Source: Antechinus flavipes
Lineage: Eukaryota
Length of the DNA stretch: 64,000 bases
Reading direction: 5' to 3'
Assembly (NCBI RefSeq): GCF_016432865.1
Contig: NC_067400.1
Coordinates: forward strand, 562,154,001-562,218,000
Shown: positions 12,660-25,519 of the stretch, piece by piece
How positions within the stretch are numbered: position 1 is the first letter of the stretch
Layout: every line of letters begins with the position of its first letter
Translations under genes and position numbers: made by a program
Notes under the pieces: model-generated
Seen by the model: the letters and a program-made list of their open reading frames with translations, nothing else
Told to the model about the DNA's origin: nothing
The model's database searches: none

Positions 12660-12985
12660 TGGGCCTTTTCACTGGCTATTTCCCATGTCTGAAATTACCT
12701 CCCTCTTTATTTTCTCCTTTGTGGCTTCTTTCAAGGCCTACCTAAAAACTCTATTGTCTACAAGAAGCCCTTCTTAATTCTAGGACTTTCCCTTTTGTGC
12801 TTATTTTCAATTTATTCTGCCTATGTCTTGTTCATACATAGATGTTTGCATGTTGGCTCCTCCATTAGAATGTGAGCTTTTTGAAGATATGGATTTGTCT
12901 TTTGCCTTTTTTTTTGTATTCCAAGAATTTAGTACAGTTCCTGGCATGTAACAGACACTTAATAAATGCTGACTGGTCAATTGAT
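12660..12985 (+). mobile_element. L2 3' fragment
   Basis: ctccattagaatgtgagctttttgaag...ttagtacagttcctggcatgtaacagacacttaataaatgct. Confidence 0.75.
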
Positions 12986-14031
12986 TATACCTTTTGTATT
13001 TTCCTCTCCTTTAGTTATAGCTCTGGTATAACAAGTGATTGTTAAAGAGTCCTCTCCTGGCAAATGTAATAGGCTTCTAGTGACCATCATTCTCCTGATA
13101 TATAGCTTCTAAGTTTTCTAGGATGGTATCTGTGTGTGACACAAAAGATTTGCTTGAATCTGCAGAGTTGGCAAGCAGACTGATTTAAAATAGGAAGCTT
13201 CCAGATGGTAGACTTCCTCCCTTCCCCTTCCTCATTGGCTGCAGCCCAGGAATCAAGAAGTCTAGAAGTACACCTTATAATCCTTGGGGAGATCTGCTGC
13301 TAGAGTTTTCTATGGAACAAACTGGGTAGCGTGACCTCTGAGCTTCAAGTTCAATGGTTTTAGCATGTGTCATTTTTGATGTATGCACCAAGAAAGATGC
13401 CAGGGACTTTATTCTATACCTGCTGTGGTTTGGATGGAAAGTATGCTTACTAATCGGGCTAGTAGTGACAGCTCCTCTTTATTATCCCTACGTGCAGATC
13501 TCATGTCAGTCCAAACTGAAACTAGTTAGTGGGAAACAGAGCTGCCAGAGACACCTGTTCCTGCACCTTGTGCTAGTTCAGTGATGCCCTGGAATCTCTT
13601 CTCGCTCTAAGACTTCTTGCCCTGGTGCCCCCTTTCAGCTCTTCTTCAGTCCCTAAGTGTTGTAATGCTCTGCATGCAGAATGCTCTTGGGCAGACTTCT
13701 TCCATAGAATCCAAAGACCGCTTTGTCTCCCTTGGGCTGGAAAAATGACTCACTGAGTCATTTTCTCCCTTGTATTTCTTTTTCCTTGGATTTTCCAATC
13801 AGAATAGTCTAGGACATTTTCTAGATCTTTGTGGGGGAGATTTGGCAGGGGAGTTATGCTGTACTTTTTCTTGATACTCTGCCATCTGGACTCTGTCTCC
13901 TTGACTATTGAGCTGTGCTTTGAGGTTTCAGAGATGTGAAGATATATCACCAATCCAACATTTGACTGAATGATCAATTGAAGGAGGCCTGTCATTTTGT
14001 TCAGACAGGAACAGGAAAAGGTAGAATTTTC

Positions 14032-14184
14032 TTTTTTATGTATTTTTTTATTGTGCTGAGGCAATTGGGATTAAGTGATTTGCCCAGGGTCACACAGCTA
14101 GAAAGTGTTAAGTGTCTGAGACTAGATTTAAACTCAGGTCCTCCTGGCTCCAGTGCTCTATCCACTGCACCACCTAGCTGCCCC
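14032..14184 (-). mobile_element. WSINE1-type SINE
   Basis: Perfect 15-bp TSD aaaggtagaattttc at 14017-14031 and 14185-14199. Confidence 0.95.
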
Positions 14185-14499
14185 AAAGGTAGAATTTTCA
14201 AGTCAACTGTTTAGCCCTGAGTGAGAGACTCCTGGTATGACTAACAAAAAGGCACCCTGGATGTCAAATCATTGAACTACTGGGAAATTTGCCAGATTAC
14301 AAAATGGTCTGACAGAGACCCTACATCAAACCACCTGCTGACCACTGGGAGTTAGTTAGATGCTTTGAGAATCAGGAGAATATAAGCCAAGAACACCAGT
14401 TATTCATGGACAGTTGGTTCCTTATCAAGGCTCACATGGAAAAGCTCTAGACCAAGAGCTGAAGGAAAAAGGAATTTCATGTTTTCAAGTTTGAAAAAT

Positions 14500-14720
14500 A
14501 ATAATAATTAATGAAAACAACTAGCATGCATTTAGTGATTAAAAGTTTATAAATCTGTTTGCAAATATCTCATTTGATCCCCTAGTAATCTTGGGAAGTA
14601 GGTGCTAATTATTATCCCTATTTTGATAGATGAAGAAACTGAGTTAGAGAGGTCAAATAGCTAGGGAGTGTTTGAGGCAGGATTTTCTCTATTCCAGTCC
14701 AGCCATGTTTCTACTATGTC
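14500..14720 (-). mobile_element. MIR
   Basis: atctcatttgatcc...attatccctattttgatagatgaagaaactgag. Confidence 0.7.
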
Positions 14721-17499
14721 AACTAGCTATCAAGATGATCCCAGCTGAGGGAGGTCTGTGACAAATGTTCTAGCTGTGAAGATCCCAATGCAAGGGAAGC
14801 ACCCCTCAGAGTCAGACTCATTAGGGTTACTTTGGTCTGTCCATGGGCCTGGCTTTGAGACTATGAACCAACTACCTGGAGGATACTAATGGGGTCAAAC
14901 TGACAGGGGTTACCACAGAGGTAGAGGAGGCAGAATGGGACAATGGTAGAGCAATGAACTTGGAAGAAAGGAAATTCTTTTTTCAAAAACGCCTCTGAAA
15001 CTTGCTGTTTGACCCACAATAGGTCACTTTTTGCATCTCAGTTTCCTTATTTATAAAATGACTGAGTCTTACTCAATGACCTTTACATTCCTTTCTTTCT
15101 CTAAATCTATGAACTTAGGTTCCAGGACTTGTGTTCCAGGTCATCATGATGCTCCAGGGAGGATAGTGAAACTAGGATTCTCTTCTTTCTCATTTCTCAG
15201 AGTGCTGGAACCCATTATATGGAGGAGAAAACTGAGGTCCAGAGAGGGGAAGGATCCAAGATTGTCTGAAGAATTTGTGGCAGAAGCAAGATTTAAATGC
15301 AGGAACTCTGATTACAAGTCTGATGCTTTTTTACTATGCCATGCTGACTGCCTCCTGGGTCTCACTCCCGGGACCTAGCCCAAAGGGTAGTCCAGCAGAG
15401 CCCTGGAGGAAACCTCACTGGCAGCTGCTCACTGGTCCCCATTGACCAGAGCTTGCTTCTCACTTGCCCTCCCTGGCTGGGTTTGCTTCTTATTGACTCC
15501 TCCAACCTCCTCCCTGATCTTATTGATCACAGACAGCTCCCCAACTGCCCTAGCCCCTTCAGTGTAGGCTCTTCCTTCTGCAGTTCCCTCCATACTAAGA
15601 GACAGCATTGCTCCTGCTGTGACTGCCTCCGGTGATGATGGAGAGAGCCCCTTTCACCCTCCTCCCATCCTCCCCCTTCTAAGGCTCATACCTCTGGGGC
15701 TCTGAAGCAGCCTCTGGCCCAGGCTCTGGTAATTGGTTCCATCCTAGTCTCGTCCTCTGTGGCGGGAATGGGAAGGTTATAAATATTTTTATCTATAACT
15801 CACGATGAATAAAAATTTAATTACACTGAAAAATTTAAATTTCATAAGAAATAAATATTAATCCTGAGAGAGTGACTTTTGTGGGAAGTTAACTTTCAAA
15901 TGTCGTCAGTTTGTAGGAGTTGGGAAGGGGGGAAGAAGTGAGCCTGAGTGTCTGGGGTCTGGGCTTTGGGGTCTGGGGTCTGGCTGCTTCTGGTCTTGGG
16001 AAGAGCATGAACACGTGGCTTTTTCCAGATAATTCCTCCCTTCCCCTTTTCTTCCTCCCAAGGGGTTTTGCGCTGGTGCTCTGTCTAATGTTGCCTCTTT
16101 GATACCTCAGGGATGCTCTGAACCAGGCCGTTGACATTCACGGACCCAGTTGCTGAGAATAGTGTGGGGCCATTCTCAAATCAATGTCATTGCTCATGCC
16201 TAGTCTCATCTTTCTCCTTTTCTGCCCCCTTTTTGTGTAGGAAAAAGAACCTTGAGCTAGGAATCAGCAGGCCCATTCTAGTTTGGGTTCTACTGCTAGC
16301 TTGTTTAGTGATTTTGGGAAAGTGATCTTCCCTCTTTTTAGCTCAATTTTCTCCTCTAGAAAATGAGAAGGTTGGATGAGACCAGTGAGAGAGTATTTCT
16401 GAGAGAATATTTTGATATTAATTTAAAAGCTTTCTCTTTGAACCTGAGGGGAGGTAGGGAGAAGGGGTTAGATTTCCCATCTCTCTTTACCATAAGGGCA
16501 GAACTATACCTAGTAATATCTTTACCTGGGGCAAATGGCCTGGGAGGGGGCTAGGTGGCAGGGTTTGGTCACTAGGGGAGGGGAGGAGAAAGCATCAGTC
16601 CCACTCCCAGTCCTTGGGACAGCTTAAGATTTTTATTCAGCTGATGGTAGAAAGAACAATTTCTTCTTCCCCGAAGAGAGATGAGTTAGATGGGAGTTAA
16701 GGGCTCAGAGTAGAGATAGGAGAAAGGGGTCTGGTGTACCAGACAATGGGAGGAAGGGTCACTACCTCCAAGATTGGGCAGGGGAAGAAGTACCCTCAAG
16801 AAGGAGATGGTAGTGCTCTCTACATTTCCTTCCTTGGAGAAATCTCCAGCTTTTCCTTTAGCTGTTACCTTGACCAAGACTATTTTCCTTTCAGACTCTG
16901 TAGTGGTCACCACTGTGACAAGAACACTGAATTTTGAGCCAGAAGATCTGGGTTTGAATTCTATTCTAGCAATATTCTACTTGTGTAACCTGCTTCAAAG
17001 CTCTTAGACTTCTTAGGCTTTGGGTTCCTTATTGACCAAAGGAAGAGATGAAACGAGAGCATCTTTGAGCTTCCTCTTAGTTCTAAGATCTATTAGTCCA
17101 AGACTAACATTGGTAGTTCTGTCAGTAAAGTGCAGGACTCTGTAACCCTGAGTGGATGGGTGGCCATAGTGAGATCCAGTCCTTTCAGCTCTCACATTTT
17201 ATACTCATTAAACACTCTAGTGGTGGGGTAGGGGTGGGTAGTGGTGTCAGGGACTTCAGGCAACTGTGTTGGAGTTGGTGGAGAAAAGAGAGCTCTTATT
17301 GGTTTGTTGGGCCTTTCCATGCCTCTGTTACATTTTGTCATTGTCTTCTTTGCCATTGTTTCATCAGCAGCAGAGAATAGAGCATTATGCTTGGAATCTG
17401 GAAGACTTCATGAATTTTAATCTAGCTGCAAACACTTACTAACTGTGTGACCCTGGGCAAGAGACTTAATCAGGTTTGCTTAAATTTTGGGGGCAACTA

Positions 17500-17750
17500 G
17501 GTGGACAAAGTTCCCCAGGGCCTGGAGTTAGACTTCTCTTTCTGCATTCAAATCCAGCCTCAGACACTTTCTAAACTGTGTAACCCTGGAAAATCACTTG
17601 ACCCTATTTGCTCAATTTCTTCATCTGTAAAATTATCCAGAGAAGGAAGTGGCAAACCATTCCGGTATCTCTGTCAAGAAAACCCCAAATAGGATTATAG
17701 AGTGTGGGATAAAACCAAAAAATGATTTAACAACCAATAACAACAACAAT
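17500..17750 (+). mobile_element. MAR1-type SINE
   Basis: CORE plus BovB-like tail (agaaggaagtggcaaaccattccggtatct...aaaaccccaaat) and caa-repeat end. Confidence 0.75.
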
Positions 17751-17939
17751 ACTCAGCCACTGTTTTATCTAAGTCAGAAGATGTCAAAGGGCAAAAGAGT
17801 TTTATCTGAATGCTGTGAACAAGCGCTATCTTCAAAAGCTTTTTCTTACAAGTTAGATTCCTTCACCATTAGACTGAGATTTGTAATCCTGATTGAATCT
17901 CCCTTTTCTTGAAGTGATGATAGGAAGTAGAGAGAGTCA

Positions 17940-18175
17940 GGAAAACCTGAATTCAAATTCTGGATTCAGAAAACCCAAGTTCAAGTCCTGTCTCAAATAT
18001 TTTTGAGCTGTGTGACTCTGAGAAATCCCTATAACCTTTCTGAGTCTTGATTTCCTGGTTTATAAGATTAGGATAATCATTGCAATTATCTCAAGAGATT
18101 GTTGCAAGGGTCATAATAAGCCAAATGTAAGTAAAATTCTCCAAGAGCCATATAAATGTCAGCTATCATTATTAT
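17940..18175 (+). mobile_element. MIR
   Basis: gagtcaggaaaacc...agctgtgtgactctg...ggataatcatt. Confidence 0.6.
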
Positions 18176-18320
18176 TAAGGGTTCAGAGGGTTATGTGTTA
18201 GAATATAAATATGGAATTCTGCTATTTAAAAATTTAAGGGGAGATATGGCTTGCCATGGCTAAAGAATTAATGACTGAGGTATCAGACTATTAGTGATAT
18301 GCTTTTCATATATTGTGATG

Positions 18321-18562
18321 TCTAGGTGGTGGATAGAGTGCTGAGCCTGGAGTCAGGAAGATTCATCTTCCTGAGTTCAAAACTAGCTTCAGATACTGAC
18401 TAGCTGTGTGACCCTGATCCAGTCACTTACCTCTATTTGCCTCAGTTTCCTCATCTATAAAAGGAAATGGAGAAAGAAATCACAAGCCATTTCAGTATCT
18501 TTACCAAGACAATCCCAAATGGGTTGATGAGTTGAACACAAACTGAAACTATTCAAACAAAA
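18321..18562 (+). mobile_element. MAR1-type SINE
   Basis: ctaggtggtggatagagtgctgagcctggagtcaggaagattcatcttcctgagttcaaa...ggagaaagaaat...cccaaatggg. Confidence 0.85.
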
Positions 18563-19504
18563 CTAATAGTTAATTGTATTAACCCTATAAATCATTTATC
18601 TCACTTGTAAAATTGTATAATAATAGTAGCTACCTTCCAGAGCTATTGTGAGGATCAAAAGAAATAATATATAAAATTCTTTTCAAAATATATACTATTT
18701 TAGAAATGCTACCTGTTATTATGATCTCGTTTGATTTTGCCTCAGGTTCTGAAATGCTGAATAATGTTACTTAACTTTGAGCCTTGTTTTCCTCATCTGT
18801 AAAGTGGGGACACAAAACCAGAAATGTAACAGCTTTTGCCCTTAGGGAGATTACATTCTCTTGGGAAGAGGCCACACGTACATGAATGGTATGTTCCAAA
18901 AGTCTTTGTGCAGTATTAAGTTTTAGTAGCTTCAAATTAATGGCTTTAAACTATTAAAGTTTAATATGACATGAAGCCCTTTGGGATTCCCTGTATAAGT
19001 ACACACAAAATTGATAGGAGGACATTCTCATCCCTCACTTCTTCTGACACAACCTTTCACTCCAGCTTGAGCCTGGATAGACAAGAAGCCAGGAGGATGA
19101 ATGTGATGAGCAATGGCTCTGAAGGGATTATTTAGATGAAGGCAGGGTGAACCAAGGAGACTGATTGTTGATGAGAAATTGATTTATTGCTATGTTTTTT
19201 AAAGGTTTATTTTATTTTTATTATTACAATAATGGTTGTTGCAGAGATAGAACATAGGAACATGATGGGTGTTTTATCTGTATCCAATCTGTCCCAGGAG
19301 TTAGTGTCCTCCATGAGGAAGCATTCCAGAGGCAGTGTACAGGTAAAGGATGACAGAGACCAACAGGAGATCCTGAATGTCTGGTGGTTTCAGGAGAGAG
19401 CTCTCCTTCATCTGAGAAACCAGGAATAACAACCTAGTGAACAGCTACCTGCATTTTAAAAAATGATCTATATTATAAAGTGCTGTCCATAAGAAGTGAT
19501 GGTA

Positions 19505-19760
19505 TATCAGGATCAGCTGTGGTGAAGTGGATAAAGTTCTGGGTTTGGAGTTGGGAAGACCTGAATTCAAATCTGACTTCAGACACCAGTTGTGTGACCC
19601 CTTGCAAGTCACTTAACTTCTGCCTTCCTCAGTTTCCTCATATGTAAAATGCAGAAGAACAGTAGCATTTTCCTCTCAGGATTGTTGTGAGGATTAAATG
19701 AGATAATTTTAAAGTGATGTGCAGTACCTGGAATATAGGAAACACTATATAAATGCTATA
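19505..19760 (+). mobile_element. MIR
   Basis: gaagacctgaattcaaatctgacttcagacac...cagtttcctcatatgtaaaatg. Confidence 0.7.
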
Positions 19761-19849
19761 TTATTAGGGACAGAGTCATTAATTTAGAGTGAAAGAAATC
19801 TAAGAAGGTAGGAATAAAGGAAGGAAAGAACCATTTATTAAGTGACAGG

Positions 19850-20040
19850 TACTTTACAAATATCTCATTTAACTTCACAAAAAGCCTGGGAGGTGGTTGC
19901 TATTATCATTCCCAATTACAGTTGTGGAAACAGTGGTAAATAGAAGATAAGTGACTTATACAGCTAGCAAGTGACTGAGACTAGATTTGAATCCAGGTTT
20001 TTCTGAGATCCAGCGCCCTGTCCTCCGAGTTACCTAGCTA
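19850..20040 (-). mobile_element. MIR
   Basis: ttacaaatatctcatttaacttcacaa...ctagatttgaatccagg. Confidence 0.65.
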
Positions 20041-20859
20041 TACCCTGATTGAAGGTCAAACACCTCCAAGCTATTCCAATTTGGATAAGCCATTTCACTG
20101 ATGAGAGCTTCCATTTCCTCATCTGTGAATTGGAGATAATAATTCTCTCTGGCCACCTCTCAGCAATGAAGCAAGCACTTTGGAAATCTAAAATCTTTAG
20201 AGGAATGTAAGACCTAATTATTGCATGCTTGAAGATAGTACTTATGATATCCATTCCTTCAATTTATCTTTACAACAGCCCCAGATCAAGGATTATTATC
20301 CTCATTTCAGAGATGAAGAAACTGAAACTTTAAGAGAAGCACCTGCCCATCATCACGTACCTTGTTCAAGGTAGCATAAATACACCATAGGACATCAGCT
20401 GCTCTGTTGCTAACTCTGAAGCTACGCTAACCCCTAATTTTTTTTAATAGTTGGGGAAATGGGGACCCAGTGAAAGGAACTGATGTATTCAAAGACATAA
20501 AGCAAGTTGTAAGCAGATCCAGGATTTGAACTCACAACTCCTGAATCTTGAATTCTGAATCCTGGTCTAGCATTTTTTCCACTATAATCAATCTGCTGTT
20601 GCCTGTCTCTCCTCCCCCTGGTGACCACTCATACAGCACAGCTTACTCTCCCTCAGTTGGGTACTGCCCTCAGATACTGACAGAGGCAGTCTCCAGGTGG
20701 GTTGGGGAGAGCTTAAGGGCATTACAGTGGAGTTCCAGAAACCCACCAGGAGCCTCTTGTTCCTTTGTGGCAGGTGAGTGCTGGGAGGCTGGCCACTTCT
20801 CATTGATGAGATGTTTTTATTTTTTTCTATTAAAATGTTACATTTGTTTTGCCTTTTAG

Positions 20860-21110
20860 TATCTTTGCTCATTAAAAACAATATTATCCCCATAAATATG
20901 CCTTGTGCTGTAAAAGCTTATCCGCTCTATTTTTCTCCCTAATTGAGACACTTGGCTTTGATTTGCACGTCGGCCTGGATCATGTGCCTGCCGAGCTGAT
21001 TAATTTTCAATTAATGTTCCCGAGTGGCTCGGTCAGAGAGGCTGCAGACACTGGTCGACTCATTCTCAGTGCTTTCACATGCCCTTTATCCACTCCTTCG
21101 GAGACTCAGC
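20860..21110. promoter_or_regulatory. Candidate conserved non-coding element/enhancer
   Basis: Non-repetitive; 8 CpGs in ~180 bp against a CpG-poor background; clustered TAAT/ATTA cores. Confidence 0.4.
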
Positions 21111-21484
21111 TTCAAGAAGAAACATTATATAAGGGAAAGACCAATGAGCTCAGTTAAGACATTTGGGTTCGACTCTAGATTGTACTGATTACTTGATATA
21201 TCAACTTGGTCAAGTCACTATTCTCTCCCTGCCATGGACTTCAATGCTCCCACCTATAATTCCAGGTCTATAGTCTATGATTTTACTTTGAAACTAGCTA
21301 GATTGGAGTTTTCTATCCGCATTTATTCTGAGGAAAATGGTGGAGGTGCTGTTCTAGCCTCAGCATAGGCAGGAGTGTTATTGGAATAAGAGGTAGATGG
21401 AGGAAGCATCACATTAGATTTATATAGCGTTCTTTTTATGGCCAAAAATTAAAAAAAATTCTCTCTTGGCGTTATCTCAATAAC

Positions 21485-22840
21485 AGAATCTCAGAATAGG
21501 AAGGGATTATCTAGTTCCATCGGTACATGAACATAAATCTCCCTTATGTCAGACATAGTGCTAGATGCTAGGGTTACATACATAAAACCCCCCAAAATAG
21601 ATATTCTAGAGAAACTCACGTATTCAACAAGTGATCATGTAGCCTTTGCTTGGAGTCATCATATAAGAGGGAAAAATTACCTTACTTTTCAGTGTAGTCC
21701 AGTCTACTTTTGGACACTTTAGTTGTTATGAGGAGTAGCTAGGTGGCATTATGGCTAGAATACTGGGCCTGGTTTCGGGACTCATCTTTGTGAGTTCAAA
21801 TCCAGCTCAAACATTCAGACATCTTGAACAAGTCATTTAACTCTGTTTGCCTTAGTTTCCTCATCTTTAAAAGGAGCTGGAGAAGAAAATGGCAAAGCAC
21901 TCCAGTATTTTTGCCAAGAAAACCCCAAATGGGTTCACAAAGAGTCATATATGACCAAAATATCTGAACAACAAATTTTAGGACAATGTTTTTCCTACAT
22001 TGAGCCTAACTTTATCTTTTCTTTGTTTTTGTTTTTAACAAATTCAGTCAGTTAATAATATTTCATCCCTATCATATGTGAAACACTGCAGTAAGCTGGT
22101 TATGCAAAGAAAGTAAAAGACAATCCCTGCCTTCAAGATGTGCACAGTTTAACGAGAGATAAAAAAGGAGCTATGTACACATAAGACACACAATAAAGTG
22201 GAGATAAGTACCAGAAGGAATTTATTAGCACTAAAGGAAATCAAGAAAAGTTTTTGGTAAAGAAGGGATTCTAGCTGAGAATTCAAGAAAGTCAGAGAAT
22301 CCTGGAGGTGGAAATAGGAAGGAAGAAAAGTCCAGATATAAGAAGCAATCAGTGAAAACGCATTGAGTTAGGAGGTGGCCCGTCTTGTGTGAGAAACAAC
22401 ATTGAGTCCCATGTCAGTGGATTGTAGACAGTATCACTGGTTAGCAACTTTTACCCATTAGTCCTTGATATGCCTTCTGGGGCCAAGCAGAGCAACTCTC
22501 ATTCTTCTTTTACTTGAACTTCAAACACTTGGACATAGGTGTTTCCCCCATCCCAATCTCTTTTCTAGATTTAAATCCCTTCAAATGACTTCCCATTTGG
22601 TTCTGAAACTCTTAGCTATCTGGATTGCTCTCCTTAAGGCACTCTCAGGTTATCAATATCCTTCCTAAAATGTAGTGACAAGATTTCTAGGTGTAGTCCA
22701 ACCAGTATGAAGTCTAGTGGGACTGTCCTTCATTATTCTTGAATGATATGTTTTTCCTAATTAAGCAGAAGTGCACATTAGCTTTCTTAGCTTCTATATC
22801 TTACTGTTGACTTATATTAAACTTACAATCCCCTAAAACT
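21485..22840 (-). mobile_element. CR1/L3 LINE 3' region interrupted by L2 fragments and MAR1
   Basis: acagaatctcagaataggaaggg (reverse complement of L3 3' end), gtttttcctacattgagcctaa, ttatcaatatccttcctaaaatgtagtg. Confidence 0.65.
21732..21975 (+). mobile_element. MAR1-type SINE
   Basis: agctaggtggc...gagctggagaagaaaatggcaaagcactccagtatttttgccaagaaaaccccaaatggg. Confidence 0.85.
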
Positions 22841-22914
22841 TGCAAGGTTTATTGGATCCTTGCAATAGCTCTGTGATGTAGGTACTATAAAGATTATAAC
22901 TCCTGTAGAAGTAG

Positions 22915-23125
22915 CTAGATAGTATAGAGGAGAGACTGCTGGATCTGGAGTCAGGAAAACCTAAGCTAAAGCTGATATCAGACATTTCTATTTATATGAT
23001 CTTGGGTTAATCAATTAATATCCACCTGGCTCAGTTTCCTCAAATGTAAAATAGGGTTAATAGTACATAAGTGAGAATCAAGTGAAATAATATTTGTAAA
23101 GTGCTTTGCAAACCTTTTAAGGTTA
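22915..23125 (+). mobile_element. MIR
   Basis: ctggatctggagtcaggaaaacct...cagtttcctcaaatgtaaaataggg...aaagtgctttgcaaacc. Confidence 0.7.
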
Positions 23126-23164
23126 AATATATGCAATTCTTTAAAAATATTTCCATATTTTCAT

Positions 23165-23645
23165 ACGTAAGAAAAATCAGACCAAAAGAGAAAAAAACAT
23201 AAGAAAGAAAGAAACAAACATATAAATAAAAGATGAAAATACTATGCTTCAATCCACATTCAGTCTACATAGTTCACTCTCTGGATGCAGATGGCATTTT
23301 CTATACCAACTCTATTGGAATTGCTTTGAATCACAGCATTGTTGAGAAAAGCCAAGTCCATCACAGTTGGTCATCACGTAATCTTGCTGAATATTCTCCT
23401 GGTTCTGCTCATTTCACTCAGCATCAATCATGTATGTATTTCTAGGCTTTTCTGAAATCAGCCTGCTCATTATTTCTTATAGAACAATAATATTCCAGTA
23501 CATTCATATACCATAACATATTCTGTCATTCCCCAACTGATGGGCATCCACTCAATTTCCAGTTCCTTGTCACTATAAAAAGAGCCAATACAAACATTTT
23601 TGCACCTATGGGTACTTTCCCCTCTTTTGTGATCTCTTTTGGATA
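23165..23645 (-). mobile_element. L1 3' UTR fragment
   Basis: aaaatactatgcttcaatccacattcag...ttccccaactgatgggcatccactcaatttccagttc. Confidence 0.85.
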
Positions 23646-25519
23646 CAAATTTGCATATCTTTAAATGCTAACTTCATGTTAGCAATTGTTATTATTATCA
23701 TAATAAATATTATTCATACAGTCAGTGATTTGACCAGAGTTACACAGAATGATGGAATTAGGATCTAAACCCAAGCCTCCTGACTTTAAAGCCAATACCC
23801 TTTCTTCTGCATCATGTTGTAAATGATAGCTGAAACTGGGGAGCAGAGTTAAGGAACTGAGCCTGTTTCTACTCCTCAGTCTCCCTTGACTTTGCTTCTT
23901 CAGTTGGTGTTGTGGAATTGCTAATGGACCTAAATTGAGTGACAAGAGTTTCATACTAAATTGGCCAAGTGGGACTCTGGCTCTGGAGACTGTCCATGGT
24001 GCTGAATCAGATGAGCTCTTGCATATGTGCAATGATTGTTACTACTTAGGCTGGGATTGGATCCTTCTAGGCTGTTCCCCACACAGAATTATTTGTAAAG
24101 GTAGTTCTGTACTTGTCTAATTATTACTTAACAGTAGCCTCCTTCAAATTCTGAGGGTTAGAAGTTGCATTTGGGCACTATGACTTTGGCAAGAGCTGTC
24201 CTGCAAAGGAGGATGATTTTGCTTCTGGCCCAGTTGTGTCTGGGAGATATAACTGGGACCACTGGTGCTACAAGTTGTGTGAATCCTACTCCTGGCCAGG
24301 GCTATGTGTGCTGATCAAGGGCATATCCTTCTGGGAAAGTTGGATGCTCATGAGGCTCCATTGGTCATGTGTGTACATGCATGTGTGTATGTGAAAGGAG
24401 TTGAGGGGAACTAGGGCCTGCTTCTGCTTGGTGCTGACAGTGAGAGGGGTTTGAGAATAAGTGGCACATATTTGGTCAATCATTCCTTAGATGCCTTCCT
24501 GAGTTTGAATATTCTAAGTCCCTATTCTGTTATATTAGCCAGAGAGGGACTAATATAGAAGAGTCACACTCTGCAGATTTCTGGGCTCTGGTATGAAATG
24601 TCCAACTCAACCCCAGGGCTAGTATCCCCATGATCTTTACTAAGAAGGGAACACATTTTTTTATACTTCTCTCTCATTCTCTCTCCCCAATCTAGGTGCT
24701 CTAGTTGCTCCTCTGCCAGAGGGAAGTCAGAAACTCGCATGTGGATACTGGAGAGTTGCTTGAGCTGTGTTTGGGAAAGAGTTGCTGTGTGTGGCGTAGG
24801 GAGACAACAGTTGTAGCAGAAGAGAGATGAAGGGAGAAAGGCTGAGGGAGCTCATGGACCTGACAGTTAATTAAAATGTCCCAGGGAGCTTCTATCCTGA
24901 GCTGGGCAGGAACCAGGAGAGGAGGCAGTGGTGCACGTGGGTGCCTTTGGACGTCAGGCTCATCAGTCACCCCTGAGGTGGGGGGTGGAGGTGGGTGGAG
25001 CTGATGCTCCCAGCTGGAAAACAGCCACCTTCTCAAAAACATCCCCCTATCATTCCTATAATAGTGTCTGTCATCACTCCTGACAGGCTGGCCATTAAGT
25101 CTTTGGCAAAATTGTAAGAATTATTAACATATGAGATTTTTATGCTATTTGACAGCTGTCGACTCCTTCAGATTTCACAGTCCTTTCCCTTCCCCCCAAT
25201 AACTCCCCCCTTTCCAGCTTTCCCTGCTGTCCCCTCCTCCCTTCTGACAGAAGGTGTCTTTTACTCCCTCCCCTCCCTTTCCCCTCGGGGGATGAATTCT
25301 GGGAGGTTGTAGCTTCTTGCAGTGTCATCAGTTCACTGTGACGTTTTAGAATAGCCTGACCCTTCCAAAGCTGGTTTTCCTTTTCCTTCCTACCCTCCAG
25401 GCAAGGCCATGTTACAACAAACCCCAACATAGGGGGAATCTGTTTTTTTTTTTTAAACAAACAAACAAACAAAAAACCATCACAAAAGCTTTGTACAGAT
25501 AGATAGATAAGATAGATGG

